Shown here one piece after another: positions 23,005 to 33,694 of a stretch of 64,000 bases of DNA (positions within the stretch are counted from its first letter, which is position 1; the number at the start of each line of letters is the position of its first letter). The notes under the pieces were generated by a model. The model was not told the DNA's origin. It ran no database searches and saw only the letters and a list, made by a program, of their open reading frames with translations. The stretch is from Candidatus Sulfomarinibacteraceae bacterium. GTDB taxonomy: Bacteria > Acidobacteriota > Thermoanaerobaculia > Thermoanaerobaculales > Sulfomarinibacteraceae. Location of the stretch: contig CAWCLO010000002.1 of NCBI GenBank assembly GCA_963796455.1, positions 32,001 to 96,000 on the forward strand, in the 5' to 3' direction. A program made the position numbers and the translations under genes.

Positions 23005-24300
23005 ATGATCGAGCACGACCGACGCGAGTTCATGGGACGCATGCTGACAGGAGTTGCCGGGTCGATGATGGCGTTTTCCTCCGGATCAAGGGAAGCCACG
23101 GCTGGGGAGTTGGCCGCCGCCCACCCGGAGGATTCCGGATACTGGAAGCTCGTCCAGCGCCAGTTCCGATTCGAACCCGGACTGCTGTATTTCAACAACG
23201 CCTCACTGGGGCCGTCGCCCGCCCTGGTGGCTGACGCGACCGAGGCCTTTCGGCGCAAGCTCGACGCTTTTCCGTCACGATATATGTGGGGTGGTTGGAC
23301 CGACGAGAAAGAGGCGGTGCGTTCGAAGGCTGCCGCGCTGCTCGGTGCCTCAGCAGAAGAAATTGCGCTCATCCACAACACCACCGAAGGCATGAATGTG
23401 GTCGCTGCGTCGATGGATCTTGAGGCCGGCGACGAGGTCATCATTGCGGACCATGAGCACTGGTCGGGAACGATCCCCTGGCAGTACTGGCAGGAGCCGA
23501 AGGGCGTGCGCCTAGTCAGGCCGACCCTGCCGATTCTCCCGTCATCACCGGAGGAGATCGTCGATGTCTACCGACGGGCGATCACCGAAAAGACCAGGGT
23601 CATCTCGATGTGCCACGTCGTCAATACCAACGGCATGATCCTGCCAGTCAAGGCGGTGTCGGAGATGGCTCGGAAACGAGGCATCCTGGTCGCCGTTGAC
23701 GGCGCTCAGGCTCCGGGCATGATCGACGTCGACCTCAACGACCTGGGGTGCGATTTCTACGCCGCCTCGTCGCACAAGTGGCTGTTTTCACCAAAGGGTG
23801 TCGGTGTTTTTTATGTCCGGCAGGCGTCGCAGCCGCTGCTCCGGCCGCTGATTGTCGCCCATGGCTGGGACGATCCTTCGATCCGTCGCTTCGAAAACTA
23901 CAACACCCGCAATCTGCCCGAGGTGCTCGGCCTCGGCGCGGCCTTCGATTTTCAGAATCTGATCGGCCCGGACCGAAGAGCTGGACGGATCCTCGAGCTC
24001 AAGAAATACTTCAGGGACCGCATCGAGGAAAAACCCTCGTTTCGGATCAAGACCCCGTCGAACGACGATCTCTCGGCCGGCATCACGACGGTGGAGGTGG
24101 TGGGGCGGGACGTCAAGGCCGTGGCCGAGGCCCTCTTCGATGGCCATCGCATCGACTGCCGGCCCATGAGCACCCACAGTCTCAACGGGGTGCGGATCTC
24201 GCTCTCGGTCTTCAATACCGAAGACCAGATCGACGTGCTGATCGGCGCTCTTCGGGAGATCGCCAGCGAACCGCGGCCGAAGGGCGTGCCCCTCGAGTGA
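23005..24300 (+). CDS. Class V PLP aminotransferase (isopenicillin-N epimerase/cysteine desulfurase-like) with a Tat signal
   Basis: DRREFMG twin-arginine motif; NTTEG, DHEH, VDGAQ, SSHKW (PLP lysine). Confidence 0.88.
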   Translation: MIEHDRREFMGRMLTGVAGSMMAFSSGSREATAGELAAAHPEDSGYWKLVQRQFRFEPGLLYFNNASLGPSPALVADATEAFRRKLDAFPSRYMWGGWTDEKEAVRSKAAALLGASAEEIALIHNTTEGMNVVAASMDLEAGDEVIIADHEHWSGTIPWQYWQEPKGVRLVRPTLPILPSSPEEIVDVYRRAITEKTRVISMCHVVNTNGMILPVKAVSEMARKRGILVAVDGAQAPGMIDVDLNDLGCDFYAASSHKWLFSPKGVGVFYVRQASQPLLRPLIVAHGWDDPSIRRFENYNTRNLPEVLGLGAAFDFQNLIGPDRRAGRILELKKYFRDRIEEKPSFRIKTPSNDDLSAGITTVEVVGRDVKAVAEALFDGHRIDCRPMSTHSLNGVRISLSVFNTEDQIDVLIGALREIASEPRPKGVPLE

Positions 24301-24387
24301 GATTTCCTCCGCTCAGGAGGACCGAAAGCTTGGCGTCTTTCCCGGTGAGGGTCCGTCGAATGGGTGATCTGTTGATACCCTGGTTGC

Positions 24388-24801
24388 ATGGAGAAACCCG
24401 TCAAAGGATTCCGTGAGGTGGAGCACACCGCCGATTGGGAACTCGAGGTGTGGGCGGAGGATCTGGCCGGTCTACTCGAGGAGGCGGCTCGCGGGATGTA
24501 CGAGTTGATGGGGGTCGGTGTCTCAGAAGACGATCGCTGCCACCGCCGGCTCGAGCTCGCCGCCGCCGACCACGAAGGGCTGTTGGTTTCCTTTCTCGGT
24601 GAGTTGCTCCATCTCCTCGACTCCGAGGGGATCGCCTTTGATGGTTTCCTGGTATCGGCTCATGGGGACCGGTTGGATGCGCGGCTCGAGGGCGGCACGG
24701 TGACCGAGCGCGGCAAGGAGATCAAGGCGGTGACCTTTCACCGCCTGACCGTCCGGGACACCGGCTACGGCTTCGAGACCAGAGTGGTCTTCGATGTCTG
24801 A
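24388..24801 (+). CDS. Archease
   Basis: EHTAD at the N-terminus, IKAVTFH and VVFDV at the C-terminus; overlaps the rtcB start. Confidence 0.92.
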   Translation: MEKPVKGFREVEHTADWELEVWAEDLAGLLEEAARGMYELMGVGVSEDDRCHRRLELAAADHEGLLVSFLGELLHLLDSEGIAFDGFLVSAHGDRLDARLEGGTVTERGKEIKAVTFHRLTVRDTGYGFETRVVFDV

Positions 24802-26251
24802 GATCCACCTGCGGGATCTCAAAAGGCTGTCGAAATACGAATGGGAGATCCCGCAATCCCTTCGATCCGATATGAGGGTGCCGGTGCGGCTCTTTGCATC
24901 GGCCGAGTTGATAAAGGCCATCGGCGGCGATGCCTCGTTGGAACAAGCGATCAACGCCGCCACCCTGCCTGGAGTGGTGGGCGAGGTGCTGGTGATGCCC
25001 GATGTGCACCAGGGTTATGGATTCCCCATCGGTGGGGTGGCCGCGACCGAGCTTCCCTCCGGTGTCATCTCACCCGGCGCCATCGGCTATGACATCAACT
25101 GTGGCGTTCGATTGCTGGCGTCGCGGGTGGAGTTGGGTGAGGCGCAGCCGGTGATGAATGATCTGGCGTCGGCCCTCGACGCTGCCTGCCCGAGTGGCGT
25201 CGGCAAGGGCGGCATACTGCGACTGGACGATCGCGATCTCGAACGCGCCTGTCGCGAAGGCGGGGTCTGGGCGCACCGCGAAGGCTATGGCACCGAGTCG
25301 GACACCGCGAGGACCGAGGAGGGCGGCTTCATCGAAGGCGCCGATTTCTCAGCGGTGAGTCAGCGGGCTCGGCAGCGCGGCAAACCCCAGATGGGAACCC
25401 TTGGCGCTGGCAACCACTTCATCGAGGTGGAGGTGGTGGACGAGGTCTTTGACTCCGAGGCGGCTCGAGTCATGGGTCTGACCGAGGGCTGTCTCACGGT
25501 GATGATCCACTGCGGTTCGCGTGGTTTCGGCCACCAGGTCTGTACCGACTATGTGAGATCTTTCCAGGGCGCGGTCAAGAAGTACGGAATTCGATTGCCT
25601 GACCGCGAGCTGGTCTGTGCGCCTCTCGACTCCCCGGAGGGTATGGCTTACGAGGGCGCCATGAAGGCCGCTGCCAACTATGCCTTTGGTAACCGCCAGG
25701 TGTTGGCTCACTTTGCCAGGGAGGCCTTTACCGAAGTTCTCCGCGGGCGATCGGCGAACCCGTACCTCCATCAGGTCTACGACATCGCCCACAACATGGG
25801 CAAGACCGAGGAACATGTCATCGACGGTAAAAAACGCCGGGTGTGCGTGCACCGGAAAGGCGCCACCCGCGCTTTCGGTCCGGGCTTCGAGGACCTGCCG
25901 CCAGAGTATCGAGCGATCGGTCAACCGGTGCTGGTCCCGGGGTCGATGGGCACCGCCTCGTGGGTCCTCGTTGGCACGGAGCAGGGCGCCGGGAGTGCGC
26001 TCGCCAGTTGCTGCCACGGCGCAGGGCGAACCATGAGTCGCCGCCAGGCCAAGCGGTCGATCCGCGGTTCCGAACTCCGGCAGGAGCTCGAGGAGCGGGG
26101 CATCACCGTTCGTTCTGGCTCCCTGCCCGGTCTGGCCGAAGAGGCGCCTCGGGCCTACAAAGATGTGGATGCCGTTGTGGATGTCGTCGCCGGAGCCGGC
26201 ATCGCCAGAAAGGTCGCTCGCCTCGTTCCGGTGGCGGTGATCAAGGGCTGA
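24794..26251 (+). CDS. rtcB: RNA-splicing/repair ligase RtcB
   Basis: [68 protein letters not shown]. Confidence 0.97.
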   Translation: MSEIHLRDLKRLSKYEWEIPQSLRSDMRVPVRLFASAELIKAIGGDASLEQAINAATLPGVVGEVLVMPDVHQGYGFPIGGVAATELPSGVISPGAIGYDINCGVRLLASRVELGEAQPVMNDLASALDAACPSGVGKGGILRLDDRDLERACREGGVWAHREGYGTESDTARTEEGGFIEGADFSAVSQRARQRGKPQMGTLGAGNHFIEVEVVDEVFDSEAARVMGLTEGCLTVMIHCGSRGFGHQVCTDYVRSFQGAVKKYGIRLPDRELVCAPLDSPEGMAYEGAMKAAANYAFGNRQVLAHFAREAFTEVLRGRSANPYLHQVYDIAHNMGKTEEHVIDGKKRRVCVHRKGATRAFGPGFEDLPPEYRAIGQPVLVPGSMGTASWVLVGTEQGAGSALASCCHGAGRTMSRRQAKRSIRGSELRQELEERGITVRSGSLPGLAEEAPRAYKDVDAVVDVVAGAGIARKVARLVPVAVIKG

Positions 26252-26361
26252 GCACCGATTCCGGTCCGGGAAGGGATCTCCGGCTTCTTCCCGACTCCAC
26301 CGCGATCCGAATCGACCGGGCATCAGACCCGGTCGCGCCTGGCGCGGGTTTCGTTGATTGT

Positions 26362-26377
26362 TTGAATGGTTGTTCAA
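26362..26377. promoter_or_regulatory. Putative SmtB/ArsR-family metal-sensor operator
   Basis: TTGAA-TGGTTG-TTCAA palindrome in an AT-rich stretch upstream of the heavy-metal RND operon. Confidence 0.5.
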
Positions 26378-26450
26378 TCATCGTCTTAAGCTATTTTTTT
26401 ATGATGACTTAGGCATGGCATACTGAGCGCCGGTGAAGGGAAGGTGACGC

Positions 26451-27737
26451 GTGGTCAAATGCATGACGATCGCCGTTTCGGTGTTTTTCCTCTGTGCGGG
26501 TGTCGCAGCCGGCCAGGAGCCCACCGGCGTGGAGCAACGGGTTGAGTCCGTCCAGCTGGCGGCGGTTGCCTCGTCGCCGGCCCTCCGGGCCCGGCTCCAC
26601 GCAGCAGCCTTCAGAGGGGCGGAGGCGAGGTCGGAGGCGGCAGCCATCAACCCCTACGTGGAATGGCAGAGTGAGGGCCTGGGATCGGATCGCACGCTCA
26701 ACGCCCAGGACGCACTCCGCATCGGCACCCCGTTCAACTTTTTCGGCCAGATGGGCCCGGCCCGCGAGCTCGCCAGGAAGGGTGAAGAGAGCGTGGCGGT
26801 GATCCAGCGAACTGCCGTCCGTGCCACTGCCGTCGAGGCGGTGGATCGTTGGCTCGATCTCGCGGCCGCGGTGAAGCGGCTCGAAGTCAGGAAGGCACGG
26901 TTGGAGCGTCTCGATACCGCGCTCGCGCTCCTTGAGGCCCGCCACCAACTGGGAGAGGTCGCCGGCACCGAAGTCGCCCAACTCGACCTCGAGCACACCA
27001 ATGCCTCGTTGCTGGTTGCGATGACGGCAGCCGAGGTCGAGGTGCTGCGGCAGGCGGTTGCTGAATTGTGTGGTCCCTCTTTCCCGGCCCCCCGGCCGGG
27101 CGATCTCGAGGCGCTTGCTGCGCTTTCGCGCACGCCCGGTGCGAGCGATATCCACGAACAGGCGTTGGCGGTCGGAGTGCCGATGCAAAACGCCGAAACC
27201 GAGGCTGAGATCGAGCAGGCGAGGGCCCGGATGGCGGCGGCCGCGGCGTGGGGGCGGCCGACAATCGAGGCAGAGTGGGAACACTTCCCCGACATCGGCC
27301 CGGTACCCGGATATGACGCCTGGGGATTCCGCTTTTCGGTTCCTTTGCCGCTGGGGAGCGTGGGTGCCCGAAACCGGGCTGCCGCGCGGGAACGGGCGGC
27401 GGAAGCGAATGCTTCGAGACAGGCTGCGGCCCGCGGAACCTTGCGTCGCGCCGAAGCTGCGTTGGCGGTGGCCGAGGGGGCCGAGTCACGTCTCACGACC
27501 CTGGCCTCGTCGGTCGAATCGCTGCCCCGCATCGAAGAGTCGCTCTTTGCTCAGTTTCGTTTGGGGGTGCTCACCCATCTGGAGTACATCTACGGCACGG
27601 TCCGGCACGACGAGTTGTTGTTGACCGCGATCGATGCCCACAATGACCTCCTCTCGGCCCGGTTGCACCTGAGCTATCTGCTGGACGACCCGTCGATCTT
27701 CCCCACCGCGGCGTCTGAAATGGAGGATGAATCATGA
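26451..27737 (+). CDS. TolC/CzcC-like outer-membrane efflux protein
   Basis: Signal peptide, helical OEP-like repeats (ARHQLGEV, QFRLGVLT), first gene of the RND operon. Confidence 0.7.
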   Translation: MVKCMTIAVSVFFLCAGVAAGQEPTGVEQRVESVQLAAVASSPALRARLHAAAFRGAEARSEAAAINPYVEWQSEGLGSDRTLNAQDALRIGTPFNFFGQMGPARELARKGEESVAVIQRTAVRATAVEAVDRWLDLAAAVKRLEVRKARLERLDTALALLEARHQLGEVAGTEVAQLDLEHTNASLLVAMTAAEVEVLRQAVAELCGPSFPAPRPGDLEALAALSRTPGASDIHEQALAVGVPMQNAETEAEIEQARARMAAAAAWGRPTIEAEWEHFPDIGPVPGYDAWGFRFSVPLPLGSVGARNRAAARERAAEANASRQAAARGTLRRAEAALAVAEGAESRLTTLASSVESLPRIEESLFAQFRLGVLTHLEYIYGTVRHDELLLTAIDAHNDLLSARLHLSYLLDDPSIFPTAASEMEDES

Positions 27738-28846
27738 TTCGTTTGCTGGGAACCTGCGTGCTCGCGCTGGCTGCACCCGTGGCCGACGCCACCGATGTTG
27801 TGCAACTGACCGCCGAACAGCGGAGCCGGGCCGGGGTCGAGGTGGCTGCCGTCAGCACCGAGGATTTCGGAAGTCGCCTGCGGGCTGTGGGTATGGTCGT
27901 GAGGTCTCCGGGTTCGACCCTGGTCCTCAAGACGATCGCCGGGGGTCGCGTGGAGTCGCTCGAGGTGGCGCCCGGCGAACGGGTTGAGCGCGGCGACCCG
28001 GTGGCGACTCTGCACTCCCATGAGATGTTGACGATGCAGAGCGAGCTGCTGCTGTCCTTCGACAGGACCAGGCTATCCGAACAGCGCCTCGAGGCCGCCC
28101 GTGAGTTGCTTGCGATCGAGGGTATCAGCCGGATCGAGCTCGAGCGGCGGGAGCAGGAGCTGCTGTCGGCAAAGCTCCGTTACAACACGCTGCGCGAGGA
28201 GCTTCTCGACCACGGCCTTCCGGTAGGCAGCCTCGAACGGGTTCTCGAGACCCAGAGCCTCGATCCCCACCTCCCGGTGAACTCGCCGATCGACGGCGTG
28301 GTGCTCGAGGTCTCGGTGCAGGAACAAGAGTGGGTCCAACCTTACGAACCGTTGATGGTGGTGGGCGACCCGGCCCGAATCGAGCTCGAGCTGCAGCTCG
28401 CCCCAGAGCAGGCTGAGTCGGTCGCGGTCGGCGACCCGGTGGAGTTTGCACCGGTTGGCAGGGCTTCGGAAACGCGGCGTGCGACGGTCATCACCCGGGT
28501 GCCGCAGATTGATCCGGCAACGCGGACCGTCCGCATCAGGGCCAGCATCGAAGAAGGTGCCTGGTCCTTTTTCCCGGGCACCTTTGTCGATGCGACGGTC
28601 AGTCATGGCGCGGCCAGAAAATCGCTTGCGGTGCCGAAATCGGCGGTGATCAGCCTGGGCGGCGGTGACGTGGTGTTCGTGGTTTCCGGCCCCGACGAGT
28701 TTACCGCTCGGTCCGTCGAATTGGGTCAAGGCGACGGCCGGCGTTACGAGGTTGTGAGGGGGCTGGTCGCCGGGGAGGAAATCGCCGTGGCGGGTGTTTT
28801 TCTGTTGAAATCCGCACTGGTCAACTCCGAGGGCGGGGAGAGCTGA
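27734..28846 (+). CDS. RND efflux membrane-fusion subunit (CzcB-like)
   Basis: SPIDGVV, IDPATRT, LAVPKSAV, GL.AGE.I...G.FLLKS. Confidence 0.9.
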   Translation: MIRLLGTCVLALAAPVADATDVVQLTAEQRSRAGVEVAAVSTEDFGSRLRAVGMVVRSPGSTLVLKTIAGGRVESLEVAPGERVERGDPVATLHSHEMLTMQSELLLSFDRTRLSEQRLEAARELLAIEGISRIELERREQELLSAKLRYNTLREELLDHGLPVGSLERVLETQSLDPHLPVNSPIDGVVLEVSVQEQEWVQPYEPLMVVGDPARIELELQLAPEQAESVAVGDPVEFAPVGRASETRRATVITRVPQIDPATRTVRIRASIEEGAWSFFPGTFVDATVSHGAARKSLAVPKSAVISLGGGDVVFVVSGPDEFTARSVELGQGDGRRYEVVRGLVAGEEIAVAGVFLLKSALVNSEGGES

Positions 28847-28847
28847 G

Positions 28848-31800
28848 ATGCGCAATCTTGTCGAGCTCTCACTGAACCACCGTCTGGTGGTGGTTCTGTT
28901 GGCGGTGCTTCTGATCGCGGCAGGGTGGGTGTCGTTCCGTGCGCTGCCAATCGATGCCTTTCCCGACGTAACCAACATCCAGGTGACGGTGATCTCGCAG
29001 GCGGCCACCCTTTCGCCCCTGGAGATCGAACAGCTCGTGACCTACCCCATCGAGCAGGCGTGCACCGGTTTGCCGCACTCGACCGAGGTGCGCTCCCTCT
29101 CCAAGTTCGGCCTCTCCATGGTTACCATCGTATTCGAGGACGGTACCGACATCTACTTCGCCCGCCAGCTGGTTCTGGAGCGGATTTTTTCGGTCCAGGG
29201 CGATCTTCCCGAGGGCGCCAGCAGCGGTCTCGGGCCGATCTCCACCGGTCTCGGTGAGGTCTTCCAGTACACCCTCGAGAGCCCCGATCGCGATCTCATG
29301 GAGCTGCGGTCGTTCCAGGATTGGGTCCTGCGACCGATCCTCCGCACCGTACCGGGAGTCGCTGGTGTCGATAGTTTCGGTGGCTATGTCCGGCAGTTTC
29401 ACGTAGTGGCAGAACCCACGGCTCTGCGCCAGTACGGGCTCGCGCTCGAGGAACTCGCGGCAGCCGTCGCCGCCAACAACGACGTTGCGGGCGGGGCCTT
29501 CGTTGAACGCGGCGGCGAACAGTTCGTGGTCCGGGGTGATGGTTGGGCGCGGGATGGTGAAGACCTCGAAAACACCGTGGTTGCCTATCGCGACAAAGTC
29601 CCGGTCCTGCTCCGCCATGTGGCCGCCGTGGAACTCGCGCCCGAGATCCGGCAGGGGGCCATCAGCCGCGACGGGCGCGGAGAAACCGTCGCCGGGATCG
29701 TGCTCATGCTGCGTGGCGGGTCGGGTCGTGACGTGGTCGCCGGGGTTCGCGAGAAACTCGAACTGGCTCGGCAGTCGCTACCGCCCGATATCGAGATCGT
29801 GCCCTTTTACGACCGCAACGAATTGGTGACGACCGCCCTCGGGACGGTGCGCGGGGCGCTTGTCCAGGGCGCTGTCCTGGTGCTGTTGGTGTTGCTCTTC
29901 TTCATGGGCCATCTGAGGTCGGCCGTTCTGGTGGCACTGCAGCTGCCGATGGCGGCCCTCGCCACCTTCCTCGTGATGGGCTTCTTCGACATGTCGCTCA
30001 ACCTGATGACGCTCTCCGGTCTGGCCATCGCCATCGGTATGCTCGGAGACGGGGCGATCGTCCTGGTGGAAAACGCGGTCCGTTTGTTGGCCCGCCCGCA
30101 GGCTGCTGAAAGCCCGCGGTGCGGTTTGATGTGCCAGGCGGCCACCGAGGTCGCGCGGCCGGTGACCTTCGGAGTGTCGGTGATCATCGTGGTGTTCATC
30201 CCCATCGCGGCGCTGCAGGGGATCGAGGGCAAGATGTTCGCGCCTTTGGCCTACACCATCGGCATCGCCCTCGGTTGTTCGCTGCTGCTCACCATGACCG
30301 TCATCCCGGTGCTGGCGTCGTTGATTCTCAAACCGGTGCCGGTCTTTGGCGGGGGCAGGATCCCGCACCCCGCGGATGTGGTGCGGAAGATGTACCGGCC
30401 CCACCTTCGGTGGGCGCTCACCCACCCCTGGGCCGTGCTCGGAGCTGCCGCCGGGCTGCTGGCGGTCGCGGCGGCACTTGTGCCGACACTGGGAACCGAA
30501 TTTCTGCCGACCATGGACGAGGGCTCGATCGTCGTCCAACCCTTCCAGATTCCCTCGGTCTCCCTCGAACAGTCGCTGCAGACGGTGGCCCTGATCGAGG
30601 CGACCATCATGGAGCTGCCTGAGGTCCGCCATGTCGTCAGCCGTACCGGCCGCTCCGACATTTCCACCGATCCCATGGGCGTCGGCGAGAGCGACACCTA
30701 CGTGCTGTTGGCGCCGCGGTCCGAGTGGACGACCGCCCGTACCAAGGATGGTCTGGTGGCCGCCATCCGGGAACGGCTCGCCACGATCCCGGGAGTCGAG
30801 TTCGGCTACACCCAACCCATCCAGATGCGAGTGGATGAGCTGCTGTCGGGGGTCAAGTCCCAGATCGCGGTCAAGATTTTCGGCGACGAGCTCCATGAGC
30901 TGGCGCGGGTGGGCGAGGAAGCCGCGGCGATTCTTTCCGGCATTCGTGGTGCCGCGGACATCAAGGTTGAAGCCATCGAGGGGCTGGGCTATCTGCAGAT
31001 CGATATGGATCGGCGGCGGATGGCGAGAATGGGGGTAAGCGTCTCCCAGGTGCGGGATTTGATCGAAACCGCCATCGGCGGCCGGGTCGTCACCACCATG
31101 CCGGAGGGAGACCGGCGGACCGACGTCGTGGTGAGGTTGCCGCGGTCCTTCACCGCCGAGGTGAAAAACCTGCACGAGCTGCCCCTTTCGACGCCGACCG
31201 GTGAACGCGTGACCCTTCGTGAAGTGGCCGACATCGGGGTCGTCGAGGGACCGGCACAGATCTCACGCGAAGACGGCAAGCGGCGCGTGGTGGTGGAACT
31301 CAACGTGATCGATCGCGACATCGGCGGTTTTGTCGAGGAGGCGCAGCAAAAATTGTTGGAAGAGCTGCGCCTACCCACCGGCTATTTCGTCACCTGGGGC
31401 GGCCAGTTCGAGCAACAGCAACGGGCGATGGCTCGTCTGCGGCTGATGGTGCCGGTGGTCCTGGTGCTGATCTTCATTCTGCTCTACCTCAATTTCAGAG
31501 ACACGCGGCCGGTCTTCCTGATTCTGGTCAACATCCCCTTGGCGCTGGTCGGTGGGGTCTTCGGGCTCAAGATCTTCGGTCTGTATCTGTCGGTGTCGGC
31601 GTCGGTCGGCTTCATCGCACTCTTCGGGATCGCGGTTCTCAACGGTTTGGTGATGGTGGAGTTTTTCCGCAATCTCGAAGCGGAGGGCCGGCCGCGGCTC
31701 GACGCGGTGCTCGAAGGCGCAGAGCTCAGACTGCGTCCGGTGTTGATGACGGCCGCGACGACCGCACTCGGGCTGGTGCCCATGGTCTGGGCGAGCGGGG

Positions 31801-31928
31801 TCGGTTCGGAGGTTCAGCGGCCCTTGGCCGTGGTGGTCGTGTTCGGGGTCATGACCTCGACCATGTTGACACTGATGGTTTTGCCGGTGCTGTATTTGAA
31901 GTTCGGTGGGGGTGCCGACGCCACCTGA
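28848..31928 (+). CDS. czcA: CusA/CzcA-family heavy-metal efflux RND transporter
   Basis: LPIDAFPDVT..QV, GPISTGLGE.FQY, EGKMF.PLA, GFIALFGIAVLNG, RLRPVLMTA, GSEVQRPLA.VV. Confidence 0.95.
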   Translation: MRNLVELSLNHRLVVVLLAVLLIAAGWVSFRALPIDAFPDVTNIQVTVISQAATLSPLEIEQLVTYPIEQACTGLPHSTEVRSLSKFGLSMVTIVFEDGTDIYFARQLVLERIFSVQGDLPEGASSGLGPISTGLGEVFQYTLESPDRDLMELRSFQDWVLRPILRTVPGVAGVDSFGGYVRQFHVVAEPTALRQYGLALEELAAAVAANNDVAGGAFVERGGEQFVVRGDGWARDGEDLENTVVAYRDKVPVLLRHVAAVELAPEIRQGAISRDGRGETVAGIVLMLRGGSGRDVVAGVREKLELARQSLPPDIEIVPFYDRNELVTTALGTVRGALVQGAVLVLLVLLFFMGHLRSAVLVALQLPMAALATFLVMGFFDMSLNLMTLSGLAIAIGMLGDGAIVLVENAVRLLARPQAAESPRCGLMCQAATEVARPVTFGVSVIIVVFIPIAALQGIEGKMFAPLAYTIGIALGCSLLLTMTVIPVLASLILKPVPVFGGGRIPHPADVVRKMYRPHLRWALTHPWAVLGAAAGLLAVAAALVPTLGTEFLPTMDEGSIVVQPFQIPSVSLEQSLQTVALIEATIMELPEVRHVVSRTGRSDISTDPMGVGESDTYVLLAPRSEWTTARTKDGLVAAIRERLATIPGVEFGYTQPIQMRVDELLSGVKSQIAVKIFGDELHELARVGEEAAAILSGIRGAADIKVEAIEGLGYLQIDMDRRRMARMGVSVSQVRDLIETAIGGRVVTTMPEGDRRTDVVVRLPRSFTAEVKNLHELPLSTPTGERVTLREVADIGVVEGPAQISREDGKRRVVVELNVIDRDIGGFVEEAQQKLLEELRLPTGYFVTWGGQFEQQQRAMARLRLMVPVVLVLIFILLYLNFRDTRPVFLILVNIPLALVGGVFGLKIFGLYLSVSASVGFIALFGIAVLNGLVMVEFFRNLEAEGRPRLDAVLEGAELRLRPVLMTAATTALGLVPMVWASGVGSEVQRPLAVVVVFGVMTSTMLTLMVLPVLYLKFGGGADAT

Positions 31929-31948
31929 CAACGGTGGCGGAACCCGAA

Positions 31949-31980
31949 GATCTGCCTTCATCTGCGTGATCTGCGGTTTT
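31949..31980 (-). repeat. (CGCAGAT)-unit repeat, copy 2
   Basis: Reverse complement AAAACCGCAGATCACGCAGATGAAGGCAGATC nearly matches 11793-11823; lies in a convergent gap. Confidence 0.75.
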
Positions 31981-31990
31981 TCCGGATGGG

Positions 31991-33694
31991 CTAGACCGTA
32001 GCCTCCGGCCACCGGATGCGGCGGTCGAGCAAAAGCGCCGTCGCGACCGCAAAGATCCCGGTGGCGAGACCGGCGGCGATATCGGTGACCCAGTGAATCC
32101 CGAGGACCGAGGTCGAGAGGGCGATCAAAAGACCCAGAAAAAGGGCGCTCCAGCGATAGCGAAGCCGGTAGAAAAAACACAGACCGACCATCACCACAGT
32201 CAGCGAGACGTGGAAGCTCGGGAAACAATTGTCGAGCCCTGAAATCGGACGGAAGATCTCGATGAGTTCGGGTGCCCACAGATCCGACAACAGGATGGCC
32301 CCCGATTCGGGGTAGGCCCATCGTTCGGGAACCGGGAAAAACAGAAAGAACGGCAGGCTGACCAGGTAGTCGATGGCGATGGCGAGGGCAAAGACCCGAA
32401 ACGGCTCGCGGCCGGGCCGGCGGGCGAGAGCCACGCCGGTGGCAAAGATCAGAACCAGAATCACGAAGAAATATGCAAAGGAGTATCCATAGACCAGCAG
32501 CGGCGACGCCGCGTCGTAAGCTTCCGCGGTCATCGAGCCTTCGAAAAAGTGGGCGGCCCGAGCGAGTTGATACCCGAGCTCGCGGCCGATGCCCCAACGA
32601 TCGCGGACCGCTGTCTCGACCGTCGTCTCGATCAGGTTGACGAGAAAGACCGCTCCCAAAAGGACAATGGGAATCGCATGCGCGCTGACAATTTGTCGGG
32701 CCCGTCGGGTGGGTGCCCGCCAGACCGACTCTTCCCTGACGAAACTGTCGGCGCCGGCGGGAGATGAAACTGCGGAGACCGGCGTGGCCATCGATGGTGA
32801 AGAATATTCGCGCCGCAGCATCCGCAGCTGTTCGTGCAGAGTGTTGGCTGACTGCAGCCGTCTGGCGGGGTCTTTTTCCAAACAGGCTTCGATGGACAAT
32901 TCGATTGCGCGCGGAATGTCGCGCCGGTATCTCGAGATGGGTTCGGCGGGTTCGCGCAGAATCGCGGTCATGATGCCGCTGGTGGTAGTGCCGGCGAATG
33001 GGCGTTCGCCGACCAGCATTTCGTAGAGCAGGATCCCGAGGGAGAAAATGTCCGACCGATGATCGACCGGAACACCTGCAGCCTGTTCCGGTGACATATA
33101 GGGAATCGTTCCGAGGAGAGCCCCGTCCTCCGTCAACTGCGCGGAAGGTGGCTTTTGACCACCCACGATGGTCGACCCGTCAAAGGCTTCGTCCGGTGGG
33201 TCCTCCTTGAGCTTGGCGAGTCCGAAATCGAGGACCTTGACGTGACCCGAGTCGGTCACCATCACGTTGTCCGGTTTGAGGTCGCGGTGGGTGATGCCCT
33301 TCGAGTGGGCCACAGCAACCGCCTCGGTCAGCTGTTCGGCGATTCGAAAAAACTCAGGGAGCGGGAGACCACCCTTTGGGATCACGCGCCGCAGAGTTTT
33401 GCCCTCGACGAGTTCCATGGCGATGAAGTGGATGCCCTGATCCTCTTCGACGCCGTGGACCGTGACGATGTTGGGGTGATTCAAAGCCGCGATCGCTTTG
33501 GCCTCGGAGCGGAATCTCTGCATGCGTTCCGCGCTTGACACCGATTCGCTTGGCAAAACCTTGAGGGCAACCCTCCGTTCGAGACGGATGTCTTCTCCAA
33601 CGTAGATCTCACCCATACCACCGCTCGCCAGACGTTCGATGACCCGATAGTGGGCGAGTTGCCCGCCGACGATGGGTTTGTCTTGCTGACTCAC
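31991..33694 (-). CDS. Hanks-type Ser/Thr kinase fused to a C-terminal membrane PAP2/Aur1-like lipid phosphotransferase domain
   Basis: Kinase motifs GGMGEIY, VALK, HRDLKPDN, DFGLAK, GTIPYMSPEQ, SDIFSLG. C-terminal TM helices with FFPVPERW, NCFPSFH and LGIHWVTD. Confidence 0.9.
   Translation of the reverse strand: MSQQDKPIVGGQLAHYRVIERLASGGMGEIYVGEDIRLERRVALKVLPSESVSSAERMQRFRSEAKAIAALNHPNIVTVHGVEEDQGIHFIAMELVEGKTLRRVIPKGGLPLPEFFRIAEQLTEAVAVAHSKGITHRDLKPDNVMVTDSGHVKVLDFGLAKLKEDPPDEAFDGSTIVGGQKPPSAQLTEDGALLGTIPYMSPEQAAGVPVDHRSDIFSLGILLYEMLVGERPFAGTTTSGIMTAILREPAEPISRYRRDIPRAIELSIEACLEKDPARRLQSANTLHEQLRMLRREYSSPSMATPVSAVSSPAGADSFVREESVWRAPTRRARQIVSAHAIPIVLLGAVFLVNLIETTVETAVRDRWGIGRELGYQLARAAHFFEGSMTAEAYDAASPLLVYGYSFAYFFVILVLIFATGVALARRPGREPFRVFALAIAIDYLVSLPFFLFFPVPERWAYPESGAILLSDLWAPELIEIFRPISGLDNCFPSFHVSLTVVMVGLCFFYRLRYRWSALFLGLLIALSTSVLGIHWVTDIAAGLATGIFAVATALLLDRRIRWPEATV

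Noticed and set aside
29778..31175. 465-aa minus-strand ORF
   Set aside because: Antisense shadow of czcA.
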